Shown piece after piece: positions 1-13,261 of a stretch of 64,000 nt of DNA. The stretch covers positions 142,228,001 through 142,292,000 of the forward strand of contig NC_043000.1 in NCBI RefSeq assembly GCF_006345805.1. The letters run 5' to 3'. This DNA is from Octopus sinensis (lineage: Eukaryota). How positions within the stretch are numbered: the first letter of the stretch is position 1; each line of letters starts with the position of its first letter. The notes under the pieces were generated by a model that was not told the origin of the DNA, did no database searches, and saw nothing but the letters and a program-made list of their open reading frames with translations. A program made the position numbers and the translations under genes.

Positions 1-284
1 GATAAAGGATGAATTCAAGTGCTTAGATGAAGTTAAATCACTAAAAATTACATATCACTTAAGTTATAATATAAGGAATTTACCATTGCAGTCAAATAGT
101 TGACCGAATAGCCCGACAGAATGGCTCATCTAGAAAAAGATTAATAGGTCTCTGCAGACTCAAAGATGTTCTCTGGTGAATGAAAACCGTCCCATGTTTC
201 AATGTGATAATTTTCAACATTCAAAGAAATATATAAATGTGTAGGAGTGATTATATACAATTATTTAAATAGGAGGTATACATA

Positions 285-710
285 GGCGTAGGAGTGGCTG
301 TGTGGTAAGTAGCTTGCTTACGAACCACATGGTTCCGGGTTCAGTCCCACTGCGTGACACCTTGGGAAAGTGTCTTCTACTATAGCCTTGGGCCGACGAA
401 AGCCTTGTGACTGGATTTGGTAGACGGAAACTGAAAGAAGCCCGTCGTATATATATATATATATACATACATATATATATGTATGTTTATATGTTTGTGT
501 GTCTGTGTTTGTCCCCCCCCCAACATCGCTTGACAATCGATGCAGGTGTGTTTACGTCCCCGTAACTTAGCGGTTCGGCAAAAGAGACCGATAGAATAAG
601 TACTAGGCTTACAAAGAATAAGTCCTGGGGTCGATTTGCTCGACTAAAAAGGTGGTGCTCCAGCATGGCCACAGTCAAATGACTGAAAGAAGTAAAAGAG
701 TTAAAGAGTA
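285..710 (+). mobile_element. tRNA-derived SINE, family A (full length)
   Basis: A-box-like GTGGCTGTGTGGTAAG, B-box-like GGTTCAGTCCC, internal (TA)n/(TG)n, tail AAGTAAAAGAGT. Close copies at 1785-2203, 22180-22595 and 41630-42046. Confidence 0.92.
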
Positions 711-1784
711 AACAGATATAAACAAAAAATAATACTTAATTGTAAAGGAAATACGTAACTTTATATTTTAACATTAAAGAAGATACAACTGATTTCAGAT
801 GGCCATTATGAATATCCGAGAAAAACGAAAGAAAGATTGTTTTCAAACAGCTAAATTTTCTGATGAGCTTAGTGGTACATTGGTAGTTTAATAAATAGGC
901 AGCTTGAACACACATTTTCAGCAAAAGAATTTTCATTTCAGAATATTGCAACGAATGAATTTTATAAACGCATTTATTTTAAAACAGAGTTAGAATAAGC
1001 GAACCATTCATAGTAGACATATACTGAAGCTTATTTACCATCAGCAACTTTTAAAAATCATTTGGAGCACACATCGATCTCAGGAAAGAATATTTAATAG
1101 CGGGATGTGTAGGGAACCAAGCGTCATTGTTCCTCTCTTCAACTCCCCTACTTACCTCTGAAAAGGCTATAACAAGTACATTCTAGACAGTGAATATATT
1201 AGCATGATGTTCTCTGTTCACACTGTATCAAATTAAGCGGCAGTTTCATCCAAGATCACGAAAATGGATTGGACAGGCTCCAAGCATTCAAAACATTTAT
1301 TAAAAGCTTATTGCTATTATATTTACTTGAAGATCAATTTATTTTTTAAATCTGAAAAGAAAGCAATTTTTATTGCGCTGGTTCAAATAAACTATTTTAT
1401 GAAAATATTTTTTTACATTTTAATTTAACAAATTTAAATATTATTAGAAAATACAGTATTTTCTTGAATAATTTCCTATCCACTTTTCGTTATGATTAAA
1501 GAAATATAATTGAATTTGCTCAAAAAATTTAATACAATAAAACTCTTGAATTGAACATATTTTTATGAAATCATGCGCACGCACACACGGACACACACAC
1601 ACACACTTAGGTATGTACATGCGTATAAAAATGCCATACATATACACGTACATTCATGTGTATGTGCAGTTGTTTTCAATATCTTCCGTACATATCTGCA
1701 TATTCAATCCAAATAAAGTATTTGACAAGTGCACGTCCGTTTACGTGAAAATGGGACGAGGAAGCTTGTGGAGGAATAATCATA

Positions 1785-2203
1785 TACTCTTTACTCTTTT
1801 ACTCTTTTACTTGTTTCAGTCATTTGACTGTGGCCATGCTGGAGCACCGCCTTTAGTCGGGTAAATAGACCCCAGGACTTATCCTTTGTAAGCCTAGTAC
1901 TTATTCTATCGGTCTCTTTTGCCGAACCGCTAAGTTACAGGGACGTAAACACACCAGCATCGGTTGTCAAGCGATGTGGGGGGGGGGGCAAACATAGACA
2001 CACAAACTCACACACAAATATATATATATATACATATATACGACGGGCTTCTTTCAGTTTCCGTCTACTAAATCCACTCACAAGGCTTTAGTCGGCCCGA
2101 GGCTATAGTAGAAGACACTTACCCAAAGTGCCACGCAGTGGGACTGAACCCGGAACCATGTGGTTGGTAAGCAAGCTACTTACCACACAGCCACTCCCCC
2201 GCC
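1785..2203 (-). mobile_element. tRNA-derived SINE, family A
   Basis: Reverse-complement match to 285-710 over the whole length. Confidence 0.92.
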
Positions 2204-3126
2204 TATATAATGTATAAATGAACTTAAACTGAACAACGATGTCTTGAAGGCTTTTAACATGTGTGTTTCAGATCATTCCTCAATAAATAGAAAGGAATTA
2301 CGTCTATTGAAGAAACTCCTTAAGTTGAAACACTTCAAAATAAGAACAAATTGATGGAAGTCTACATTTGTACATGATCAGAGAAGTTTAAGTTGAGGAG
2401 AGGATTTGGGCGCAAGGGACAGAATATCTAAATAGAGGAAATGGATAAGAGAGAGAATGATAGGGAAAAAAGGAGAGGGAGGACGCTATTGTTCAAAGTG
2501 GGTCCCATGATGTTAGATGTGAGATCAGAATTTCAGTGATATCAGATGCATTAGAAACGAGTTTATCTTGGGCCATATGGTTGGGCAGGAAGCTAGTAGC
2601 ACATTCGTGTCTGCCAGGCTTTTGAAGGGGTTTGAAAGCTGCAAGAAGCAAGGCCGGTGAGAGTGTGTGTGTGCGTGTGAGGATGTATATCAGATGCGTG
2701 GATGTGGGGGTGTTATTGTTGTATAAGTGTACACGTATACATGTGTGTGTGTACATGCCTGTGTGTGAGTATGTGTGTGTTTGTTCGTTTGTGTGCATGT
2801 ATGTGTGTATATATGTGCAAATATTTCTCACTTCATATACATGTGTGTGTGGGCAAATAGATAGATATGCGTATATATATATATATACATATTAATGCAA
2901 ATTAAACAGGAAAATATGATGGATCCACGGATTTGGGATAGAATATAGCGTGCTTAAAGTAGGAGCTTGGGAAGATGCAATGATGAACACACGCAAAAAA
3001 ATAGAAAGAACAGAAAACGTGTAAAATCAATGAAAAATAAAGCGAAGTTAATGAAAATATGCTAAAATCAAATAATTTCACAAACTAAAGTTATGTTGGG
3101 ATAAACCATTCCCTCCCATATATGAG

Positions 3127-3450
3127 GACCCCCTTCGGTCATGAATGACCATGGGATTGCACCTAGAAAGGTACCCTCCTAGACACGAGTCCGGGCAAGA
3201 TTGTTTATGGAAGACCAGCAGTCGCCCATGCATACCGGCCTCCCCTCTCCACGCCACCAATGTTATCCAAGGGAAAGACAAAGGTCGATACAGCTTGGAA
3301 CCAGTGACGTCGCAACTCATTTCTACAGCTGAGTGAACTGGAGCAACGTGAAATAAAGTGTTTTGCTCAAGAACACAACACGCATCCCGGTCCGGGATTC
3401 GATCTCACAACCTCACGATCGTAAGCTCGACGCTCTAACCACTGAGCCAT
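3127..3450 (-). mobile_element. tRNA-derived SINE, family C
   Basis: Minus-strand head ATGGCTCAGTGGTTAGAGCG...GATCGAATCCC, then TGTTCTTGAGCAAAACACTTTATTTCACGTTGCTCCAGTTCACTCAGCTGTAGAAATGAG. Homologous to 6561-6887. Confidence 0.88.
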
Positions 3451-4012
3451 AAATTACTGGAATGTAAATAAAGTTTCACAATTCGTTCGTTACGCTTATT
3501 AAGGATATTTTTCCTATCGACGAAAAGAATTACCGCTGGTAATTTTCTAGACCAAAACTTAGATCTAATCCCATAAAATCTTATACCGCTTTCCCTGAAC
3601 ATATTCTGCAATTCAATTTCTAAAAGATTATCTACGAATTTAAAAGGTCTATTCTGGGTAAAGACCGAACTTTGGGCGGTATCAAAATATTTTTGCTGAC
3701 TCTGCTTCTGAAAGACCCTCGAAACTATATTCACCGATAGGGAAAATGTCTTTAATAAGCGTAAATAACTGTTAATTGTAAACGTAAAGTAAGATTTACA
3801 TTCAACAACATCATGAGAGATGATGGACTGGATAAAACGAGCTGACTTCTTTTGTATTATAATGAAGCTATTTATTTATAAATTATTTTTCATGCATTTA
3901 AGTTTATCTCCCGTTGATTTCTCTTTCTCATTCAATTTTCTACTTGTAATTCATTCCCAAACCTCCATTCGTGCTTCCACACATGTATATACATGTATAC
4001 ATATATATGAGT

Positions 4013-4395
4013 GGAGGTGCAATGGTCCAGTGGTTAAGGCAGCGGACTCGCGGTCATACGATCGCGGTTTCGATTCCCAGACCGGGCGTTGTGAGTGTTT
4101 ATTGAGCGAAAACACCTAAAAGCTCCACAAGGCTCCGCTAGGGGATGGTGGTGATCCCTGCTGTACTCTTTCACCGCAACTTTCTCTCACTCTTACTTCC
4201 TGTTTCTGTTGTACCTGAATTTCAAGGGACCGGCCTTGTCACTCTCTGTGTCACGCTGAATATCCCCGAGAACTACGTTAAGGGTGCACGTGTCTGTGGA
4301 GTGCTCAGCCACTTACACGTTAATTTCACGAGCAGGCTGTTCCGTTGATTCGGATCAACCGGAACCCTCGTCGTCGTAACCGACGGCGTGCTTCC
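4013..4395 (+). mobile_element. tRNA(Arg)-like SINE, family B
   Basis: Head GGAGGTGCAATGGTCCAGTGGTTAAGGCAGCGGACTCGCGGTC...GGTTTCGATTCCC with a TCG anticodon-like loop. Near-identical to 24077-24458. Confidence 0.9.
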
Positions 4396-4469
4396 CCCAT
4401 TCGTATATACGTGTAAATGTACACACACATATGTTTAAATGCAAATGACGTGAAAAATAAGAGATTGGG

Positions 4470-4710
4470 AGATGTACCTATACATAATTTCAAATCATCT
4501 AAGACAAATGTATTAAAAACTCATCAACGACACACTTCATTTCGAGCTCCATGTTAGCTTTCTGATTAAAACTTCGTTCCACAACTACAAGGTTTATATA
4601 TTCGGTCCCATCAGGTGGTTGTTTGGGCAAATGCATCTGCTGTTGTCACAAGTTGATCAACAGATGATGAGTGGAAACTAGTAGGCAAAATATGTCTGAA
4701 TATGTGTAAA
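4470..4710 (-). mobile_element. Decayed RT fragment of an RLE-type LINE (copy 1)
   Basis: Minus strand encodes a ...DDLKL motif resembling HLLxxDDLKLY. Homologous to 7690-7925. Confidence 0.5.
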
Positions 4711-5087
4711 TGAGTGTGAGTGTATATGTATTTTAATGAAGCTATTTATTTATAAATTATCTTTCATGTGTTTAACTTTATTTCCCATTGATTTCTCTTT
4801 CTCATTCAATGTTCTATATGTAATTCATTCCTACATTATGCTCTTTCATACTATTTTTGTTCTACATTTTACCTTATGTAATTTTTTTCTGTCATCAACT
4901 CCACTAATTCCTATTTTAGCCTCACTATACACTACACTCACACTCTGGTTTCATTTTCTTATTTTTCACTTCACTTGCATTTATACATATATGTGTGTAC
5001 ATATACACGTATATACGTATACATATACATACATGTGTGGAAGAATGTGTGGGGGATGTGTGTATACAGAAAAATGCATGTCTGTTA

Positions 5088-6368
5088 TATCATGTTGAGT
5101 AAGCAACATTTTGAACCATGAAGAATTTGTACCTAATTTTCACAGAGTTTTGAACTTTTAAAAACATTTCTTTGCAATTGTCTGATAATACAGTCATTGA
5201 CTTTCCCAAAAGCATCAATGAATTAACATAGATATTTTTTCTCTGTTGTTACAATAATCTGAAATGGAACTATGAAAGCGCGATATTCGAGCAATTTTGC
5301 TATTCAACTTCAATAAAGAAATAAAACAGCTGAAACTACACGGGATATCAACGAAAAGTTTGGTGAGGAAATGGCTAGTGTGTGGTCAGCTCGAAAATGG
5401 TTCAAACGATTTCGCGGTGAAGACTTGAGCCCTGATGATCGTGAGTGTAGTGGACGCCTTTGTGTCATCGATGATGGTCAATTAAAAACCGCCATTGAGA
5501 AAAATCCATGTAAAACCACTCTAGAACTGGCAAAAAAATTCAAGGTAGCCAGAAAATTGCCTGCAACCATTTGCATGCGATCGGAAAATCAAGAAAAACT
5601 CGACGAATGAATACTACACGATTTGAATGAAAATCAGAAAATACGCAGATATGAAAGTCGCTCGCCGCTTCTTCTCCGTAACCAGACCGATCCATTTCTC
5701 GAACGTATTCTAACTTGCGCTCAAAAGTAGATTCTGTACAATGATTAAAAAATGTTCTTCGCAGTGGTTGGACCAAAATGAAGTACCGGAAACCTTCCCT
5801 AAACCCATGCCCTTCAAAACGAAGGTTATGGTGACTGTTTGGTTGTGTACTGCTGGACTCATCCAGTATAATTTCTTGAAACCCGGAAAAACTATTACTA
5901 CTGAAACTCATTGTCATGAATTTATTAAAATGAGCAAAAAAGGCTACTCCTCCAAAGCTGACTGGTCTACAGAAGAGGGTTAATTATTCTTCATGACAAT
6001 GCTCGACCACACGATTAACTAATGGCGCTTCAGAAGTTGAGAGAACTTGGCTACGAAGTTCTTACCACCTAGCTCATTGCCCCAGACCTTTCTTCAACCG
6101 GCAGCCCACATTTTCAAGCAGCTTGAAGGTTTCATGCGAGCGAAGGAGTTTAAAAGTCAAAACCACGCTGAAAGTGCGTTGAAAGAGTTCATCAGCTCCA
6201 GAGCTCCAGAGTTTTATATTACCGGAATAAGCAAACTTGTAACTGGTTGGCAAAAATGTGTTGATTGTAATAGTACTTACTTTGAGGAAAAAAATTTCCG
6301 CATTATTGAAATATGTTGTAATGAATTTCATGTTTCAAAACGTTGCTTACATTTTACTCAGCCTGACA
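5088..6368 (+). mobile_element. Decayed mariner element with transposase pseudogene (~5264-6290)
   Basis: HTH region KWFKRFR, KVMVTVW, HDNARPH and GISKLVTGWQKCVDCNSTYFE. TIRs TATCATGTTGAGTAA..GCAACATTTTGAACCATGAA and TTCATGTTTCAAAACGTTGCTTACATTTTACTCAGCCTGACA. Frameshifted. Confidence 0.9.
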
Positions 6369-6560
6369 GCCTCGTGCAGCTATATATACGTATATAACTA
6401 TGTATGTGTGTGTATGTGTGGCATCTATGAGTGCATGTATATATGTATCATCATCATACTTAGTTTATTGAAAGCGTATGTTATTTCTGTTGATTTTGAA
6501 AATCTACTTCAATGTATTTACCTTTGTCGTATTTGAATTAAAGCTATTTGTCCAACACAC

Positions 6561-6887
6561 CTTTGGTCATGAATGACCATGGGATGACTTACAAAGTTAA
6601 CCGCCCCACCCCACCTCAGACACAATGCCGCACAAGGTTCTTTATGGAAGACACCCATGCATACTAGCCTCCCCCTTCCACAACATCGATGTTATCCCAA
6701 GGATAGGCAAAGGCTGATTCAGCTTGGAACCTGTAACATCACAAATCATTTCTACAGCTGAGTGAACTAGAGCAACGTGAAATGAAGTGTCTTGGTCGGG
6801 AGCTCAACACAGAGCCCGGTCCGGGGGTCGAACTCATTACCTCATGATTATGAGTCCGACGATCTAACCACGATGTCATGCGCCTCC
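6561..6887 (-). mobile_element. tRNA-derived SINE, family C (diverged)
   Basis: Homologous to 3127-3450. Confidence 0.82.
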
Positions 6888-6889
6888 AT

Positions 6890-6977
<88 letters not shown>

Positions 6978-7689
6978 AGAGGGAGCGAGAAAGAGAGAAA
7001 GAGATAGATAGATGGGTAGACATAGATATGTACACGCGCACATATATGTATACAGATTGAGTGAAAGAGAGAAGGCAATAGTTAGCTACATAGATACGTA
7101 CGCTACTTATATAGATATATAGTGACTGTTTTCTCGTATCCGAGCAAAGACATTGCCAGAAAGAATCATTGATACATACATATTCAGAGAGACAGAAATC
7201 CAGTAATGCGTTTCTACTTCAACAAAACACATTGTAGTACATTCAAAAATTTTTTTATAAGAACGTTTCACCTTATTCTTCATAAAAGCATAACATTTTC
7301 TTGGCGTCGTCAATGAATGCCCCGGTTTTTTTATTAATAATTTTATCTTGCCGATCAGACATGATACACTTCACTTACCTTAACGGGAAATAGGGCAGCT
7401 TAACGTCTATGTTGCGATTACAATAAAATATCACTATCTAAATCAACTTATTCTGCATTTCAATTTTCCGCTGAATATAGCTTTTCAAATATAATTAATT
7501 CTTTTTGTGCGTTCTTGAATTAGTATTTATATTATACTTGAAGTGCTGGCATCATATAAAGTAGATAAAAACCTATATTTACTGAATGCGCTATGAAGGT
7601 AAGAGTAGAGAGTCACCTATAGTAAGTCCTGCGAAGAAAAGTCTAAACATATACTATAGCTGATACATAAAGAGGCGCGTGATTGCGAG

Positions 7690-7925
7690 ATGTACCTATA
7701 TATAATTTCAAATCATCTAGAGACAAATGTATTAAAGACACATCAACGACACACTTCATTTTCAGCTCCATGTAAGCTTTCTGGTTAGAATTTCGTTTCA
7801 CAACTACAAGGTTTATATATTCGATCCCATCAGGTGGCTGCTTGGACAAGTACAACTGCTGTTGTCATAAGTTGATCACTAGATGATGAGTGGAAACCGG
7901 TAGGCAAAATCTGTTTGAAAATGAC
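7690..7925 (-). mobile_element. Decayed RT fragment of an RLE-type LINE (copy 2)
   Basis: ORF 7643-7855 contains IHLSLDDLKLY. Homologous to 4470-4710. Confidence 0.5.
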
Positions 7926-7976
7926 TGTGAGTGTATATGCATGTGTGTATATAGATAAGTAAATATTTATATAGTA

Positions 7977-9246
7977 TACCTGTGGGTAACCAAAAGTAAC
8001 AAGAAACTCTCTCCATGGGACATACCCATTGTAGTTCAGGCTTTCGCCGCTAGGAGCCACTTGATGCAACCATTAGACATCAGTTTGCCAATCGGCGTCG
8101 TAGAGTGAGGCCGTACTGCAAAGTGTTGCGTCATTGTTTGCAGTGTTTCTCCACTGTTCACTGAATTTGGCGATGGCTGAAACGAAGGAACAACGTACTT
8201 CCATGAAATTCTATTTTCTGCTTGGAAGAACAGTTGTCATACTTCAGCCTACAAGACAGCTGCTATGAGCAAAACACAAGTTTATGAACGGACTCCACGC
8301 TTTAGAAATGGTCACTAGTCGCTTGAAGACCAATCTAGCTCAGGGCGATCATAGACCTCCCGAACGAATGAACATGTCACGAAACTTTATGATGCGATTT
8401 TGGAAGACCGTCGCCAAACAATTGACGAACTTGTTGATAATACTGGTGTCACCTGGAGCGCCTGCCAACGAATTTTGAGCGAGGAATTGCGAATGAAAAG
8501 AGTTGCATCAAAATGTGTGCCTCGCTGGCTCACGGAAGACTAAAAACAGTCAGGACTGAATGCATGTCGTGAACTGAAAGAATAGTTGGGAGTTGATCTG
8601 AACCGTTTTCCGAAGGCCATCACTAGTGACAAAATCTGGTGCTACGGCTACGACTCGGAAACGAAGCAGTGATCAAGTCAATGGAAGCACTCAATGTCAC
8701 CGCACCCACAAAAAGCGCGTCAAGTGAACCAATGCCAAGACGATGCTGATTTGTTTCATCGATGCGAAAAGAATTGTTCGCGCAGGATTTTTTCCTGCTG
8801 ATCAAACTGTTAGTCAGACATTTCACTTGGCAACTCTGAAGCGTTTGCGAGACGCGGTGAAATGAAAACTCCTCGATCTGTAGTAAAGGGAAGAGTGGTG
8901 GTTTAATCATGACTATGCGCCTGCGCACACCGCCTTGAGTGTGATCTCGGTTACCCTCCCTCCCTATTCGCCCAATCTTACTCCCTGCGACTTTTTTGAG
9001 TTGCCTCGAATGAAAATAATACTGAGAGTAAAAACGTCTTGCAGATGTGAAAGAGGTGAAAAAGAAAACGACGGACACGTTAAAAGGCATCGCATCACAA
9101 GACTTCCAGGACTGTTCCGAACAGTGGAAAATGCGTCAAGATCGATGCATTACTTCAAATTGAGCATAATTTGAAGACGATAAAAGTGTAAACTTAGTGA
9201 ATAAAATGATACTGCAAAATTCCGATTTCTTTTGGGTACCCTTGTA
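7977..9246 (+). mobile_element. Decayed mariner element (irritans-like), transposase pseudogene from ATG 8173
   Basis: MAETKEQRTSMKF, KRVASKCVPRWLT, ITSDKIWCYGYD, HDYAPAH and PPYSPNLTPCDF. TIR-like ends TACCTGTGGGTAACCAAAAGTAAC and GATTTCTTTTGGGTACCCTTGTA. Confidence 0.88.
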
Positions 9247-9324
9247 TGTATGAGTATGTGTGTGTATGTATTTATGCATGCATGTAATAAATATATATGC
9301 ATTTTGACGGAATGGTTATATATA

Positions 9325-9506
9325 TTTCTTTACTACCCACAAGGGGCTAAACACAGTGAGGACGAACAAGGACAGACAAACGGATTAAATCGATTACATC
9401 GACTCCAGTCCGTAACTGGTACTTAATTTATCGACCCCGAAAGGATGAAAGGCAAAGTCGACCTCGGCGGAATTTGAACTCAGAACGCAACGGCAGACGA
9501 AATACG
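9325..9506 (-). mobile_element. SINE family D (5'-truncated)
   Basis: Reverse complement of 49520-49755 (TCGACCCCGAAAGGATGAAAGGCAAAGTCGACCTCGGCGGAATTTGAACTCAGAAC). Confidence 0.85.
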
Positions 9507-10379
9507 TTATATAGCTAGGCATGAAGACACACGGCTTCTATATCGTCTCTTTACCTTCTAGAGAGAATACTCGGGATGTCATGCGTTCTAAGCAGCATTG
9601 GCATTGCTCTTCCATTTCGATGGCGAGGAGAGAATCAACAGCTACAAACGCATAAACAAGGTTTGCATTTCTGAGGAGAATTATACAAACTACAAAGGCA
9701 TTTTACTACACAGAAGCGACTGAGAAAAGAATCAGGAAATCTCGATTTTGTTCAAAGCAATTCCCACTATTAATATAAATATGTTGGTCACATATACTGG
9801 ATTCAACTGAGTAGAATGCGTTTCAAGGACGAGGTTTCAGAAGAGGTAAGCATTTCGTTGAATTCATCTGTTAGATTTCAAGCGTGCTTTGTCTAAATCC
9901 TTAAAACAATGTTGATCGATTGATTGCATTGGCGTTATATCTCTTTCTTGGCTTTTATTTTATTTCACAAATCCAGTTGGATGTTTAGTCTGCAAGCTGC
10001 ATGGAAAATCGAAATCGATCACTGTTTTTCCTATCACTGAAGTACATATTCAATACAGTATGTATGTATGCTTCTATGTATGTATGTGTGTATGCATGTA
10101 TGTATGCATGTATGCAAATATATGTATGTATATACTTATGTATATACGTATATATGGTATGCATTCATTTAATTTTCATGTACATATATGTGTATGTATC
10201 TATCTATCTATTTATCTATCCATAGATACCAAGTAGGTATTTATATGTAGAACGTTTTGCTAAAGCATTTTAAAACGTGTACGTTATACACATCATCATG
10301 ACAAACAGCATGGACAAACAATTAAATAGTAACATTTATAGGTGCCTTTCCAAATAAAGCATCTAATTGTAAAAGCAAT

Positions 10380-10470
10380 TAGACTTCGGCGGAATTTGAA
10401 CCCAGAACTTAAAAACGGACGAAATGCCGCTAAGCATTTATCCGGCATGCTAACGACTCGGCCGCTATAA
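10380..10470 (-). mobile_element. SINE family D head fragment
   Basis: GGCGGAATTTGAACCCAGAAC...GCTAAGCATTTATCCGGCATGCTAACG. Confidence 0.7.
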
Positions 10471-10931
10471 AGGCTATACGTTGATATTAGTACGAAATCA
10501 AAGAATGAGTGAGAAATGCTTATTTTATTTCCTTCATATATGCAATGCCTTCTGAGAATTGTGTGGAAAATACAGAAGCATATTGGATATAAATTTTACA
10601 CCTCCCAGCAGAAGACATAGTAATCGTGTAAATTTATAGAGCAACCATATAAGTATGTAAAACCATATAAGTATGTAAAACAAGTGAATCTTAAGTAAAG
10701 ATTTAAGTCTAAGAACGTAACTGAAATAGAAAAGCAAAAAATAAATTATATTTTTACTTCAAATTTGAAGAAAAACCTCATAGATGAAATTCTTGATATA
10801 AAGTTTTTAAAAAATGTTATGTATACACATGAAATACACTATATTAATGAGATTAAAGAAATGCAATTATTAAATGTATCAAAATTGATAAAAATAAATA
10901 CAAATATTAAAGATATTAAAATTAATAATCC

Positions 10932-11143
10932 TTTCTGCTATAGGCACAAGGCTTGAAATTTTGCAGGAGGGGGTAAATGGATCGCATCGACCCTCACTGC
11001 TTAGCGGTATTATTTAATCGATCCCGAAAGGATGAAAGGCAAAGCCGACCTTGGCGGAATTTCAATTCATAACCTAAAGACAAACGAAATACGGCTAAGT
11101 ATCTGGACCGGTGTGATAATGATTCTACCAGCTCACCACCTTT
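10932..11143 (-). mobile_element. SINE family D (diverged)
   Basis: ATCGATCCCGAAAGGATGAAAGGCAAAGCCGACCTTGGCGGAATTTCAA. Confidence 0.8.
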
Positions 11144-11194
11144 ATATCAAAATTAACAATAATTAATACAAATAATAGCCATATTAACCATAGA

Positions 11195-11495
11195 CGGAGG
11201 TGTGGCTGTGTGGGAGCATGTTTTCTTCCATTTCCTATGGTTCTTGAATCAGTCCTTCTGCGTGGCACATTCGGTAAGTATCTTCATCTACAGCTTCAGG
11301 CGTATACACGTCATGTGCGTGCATGTTGTATTTACATCCCCGTAGCTTAATGATTTGGCAATAGCGGCCGGTAGAATAAGTACTAGGCTTCTAAACAAAT
11401 TTAATATTGGGGTCGACTCATTCGACTAAAAATTCTTCAAAGCGGTGCCATGATATGACCGCAGTCTAATAACTGAAACAAGTAATAGATAAAAG
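11195..11495 (+). mobile_element. SINE family A-related, old copy
   Basis: GGTGTGGCTGTGTGG head, GAATAAGTACTAGGCTT and TAACTGAAACAAGTAA tail. Confidence 0.7.
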
Positions 11496-11615
11496 ATAAT
11501 ACAATTACATGTACATCAACATATTAAAATTAGTACCATTAAGTGAATTCGAATATCAATCATATTAAGCTTATTGAAATAAATTTAATACAAATTATTA
11601 TTATTATTATTATCA

Positions 11616-13020
11616 TTCAGTAATTTTATTTTTTATAGCGTTCTTTTACTTCACTACCGAGCGCAGCTCTGTGTGCCTTGGGTATGTGCTGTGATTTGTT
11701 GTGATGCTCTGATGGTTATTGTATGGAAAGTGTTCTGTGTAGGATGTGTGCAGTGCCTACTAGTGCAATTTTCTGTATGTTATATGTGTTTGTAAGTCCT
11801 GGTGTTTTTGTTATGTATTTGTGTGAATATTTTTTTATCATGCCTAATGGACCTACTATGATAGGAATTGTTTCTGTTTTTAGATTCCACATTCTGGTTA
11901 CCTCTATTTCCAGGTCTTTGTATTTTGAAAGTTTCTCCATTTCTTTTAGAGACACGTTGTCATCTGCCGGTATTGATACATCAATTAGAAAGCATTTTTT
12001 TTCTTTATTATCTCTGACAACTATATCTGGTCTGTTGGCCTTAATTTCTCTATCTGTGTGTATCGGCATATCCCAAAGTATGTTTGCTTTCCCGTTTTCT
12101 GTGACCTTTTCTGGTGTGTGCCTATACCATCTTTTTTCTGTTGTTATTCCATAATGTTGGCATAGCTTCCAACTCTGTCATGTCAGTGAATATATTCCTT
12201 CTTAGCCAGGACTGGGCAGCCAGAGATAATATGATTTATTGTTTCTTGTCCATCTCCACATATTCTGCAGTTACTTGTTATATTTCTTTTCATTACATGT
12301 TTTTGGTAATTTCTGGTGGGGAGGCTTTGATCTTGTGCTGCAATTAAAAATCCCTCTGTTTCTGCTTTGAGTCCTGAACTTCTCAACCATTGCTGGGATT
12401 TTTCTTTGTCTATTTCTCTTGCGTTTAGTTTAGTGCAGTATTTACCATGAAGGGGCTTTTCTTGCCATCGTTTTATCATGGTTCTTTGCTGTTCTAGTTT
12501 TAGTTTGGAATTCATTTGTTTTATAGCTTTCGTTGTTTCTTTATCTTCTTCGTCTTCTTCTTCTTCTTCTTCTTCTTCTTCTTCTTCTTCTTCTTCTTCT
12601 TCTTCTTCTTCTTCTTCTTCTTCTCTTCTTTTCTTCTTCATCTTCTTCTTCTTTTCTTCTTCTCTTCATCTTCTTCTTCTTCTTCTTCTTCTTCTTCTTC
12701 TTCTTCTTCTTCTTCTTCTTCTCTTCTTCTTCTTCTTCTTCTTCTTCTTCTTCTTTATATTTGCTAGGTGGTATGATTTCTTGTTTGTATTTGTCAGCTT
12801 CCTTAAATACTGAGAACAGTTTTTTGTTGTGCTCGCGTTTTGCCGCTATTTGTATCAGTTTTCCTTCCTTTTGAAGTAGATATTTTTGCAGTCCTATGGT
12901 GGTTATTTTATAGTAGTTTTCCAGCTGTATAAGGCCTCTACCACCTTCTATAAGTTGTATATATAGTCTTTCTATGTCAGATTTTGGGTGATGCATCCTA
13001 GACCCTGTCATTATTTTTTC
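11616..13020 (-). mobile_element. 5'-truncated R4/Dong-like non-LTR retrotransposon (RLE type)
   Basis: ORF pieces MHHPKSDIERLY..GGRGL, KPLHGKY, CCHC knuckle CRICGDGQETINHIISGC, and PD-(D/E)xK nuclease NRPDIVV..LIDVSIP..KYKDL. (ATT)n on both sides. Confidence 0.93.
12544..12755. repeat. (TTC)n microsatellite inside the LINE ORF
   Basis: Seen directly; source of the poly-E/S/L/K/F ORFs in the track. Confidence 0.97.
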
Positions 13021-13066
<46 letters not shown>

Positions 13067-13070
13067 TATA

Positions 13071-13101
<31 letters not shown>

Positions 13102-13190
13102 TATATTATTATATTATTATTATTATTATTATTATTACTATTATTATTATATTATTATTATTATTATTATTATGATTATTATATTATTAT
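13020..13190. repeat. (ATT)n microsatellite
   Basis: Seen directly. Confidence 0.97.
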
Positions 13191-13261
13191 TAATATTCAG
13201 GTCACTGTTGTTTGGAATCGAACTCGGAATTTTGGGGTTAGTAGGCCATGCTTTCAACCAT

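Noticed and set aside
285-360. tRNA-like sequences at SINE heads (also 4013, 24077, 48212, 13200-13265)
   Set aside because: They continue into SINE bodies, are multi-copy and lack a full cloverleaf.
4660-4685. GATGATGAGTGGAAAC (also ~7882-7898) as a hammerhead
   Set aside because: Wrong core start, no stem II, and it is the antisense strand of an RT fragment.
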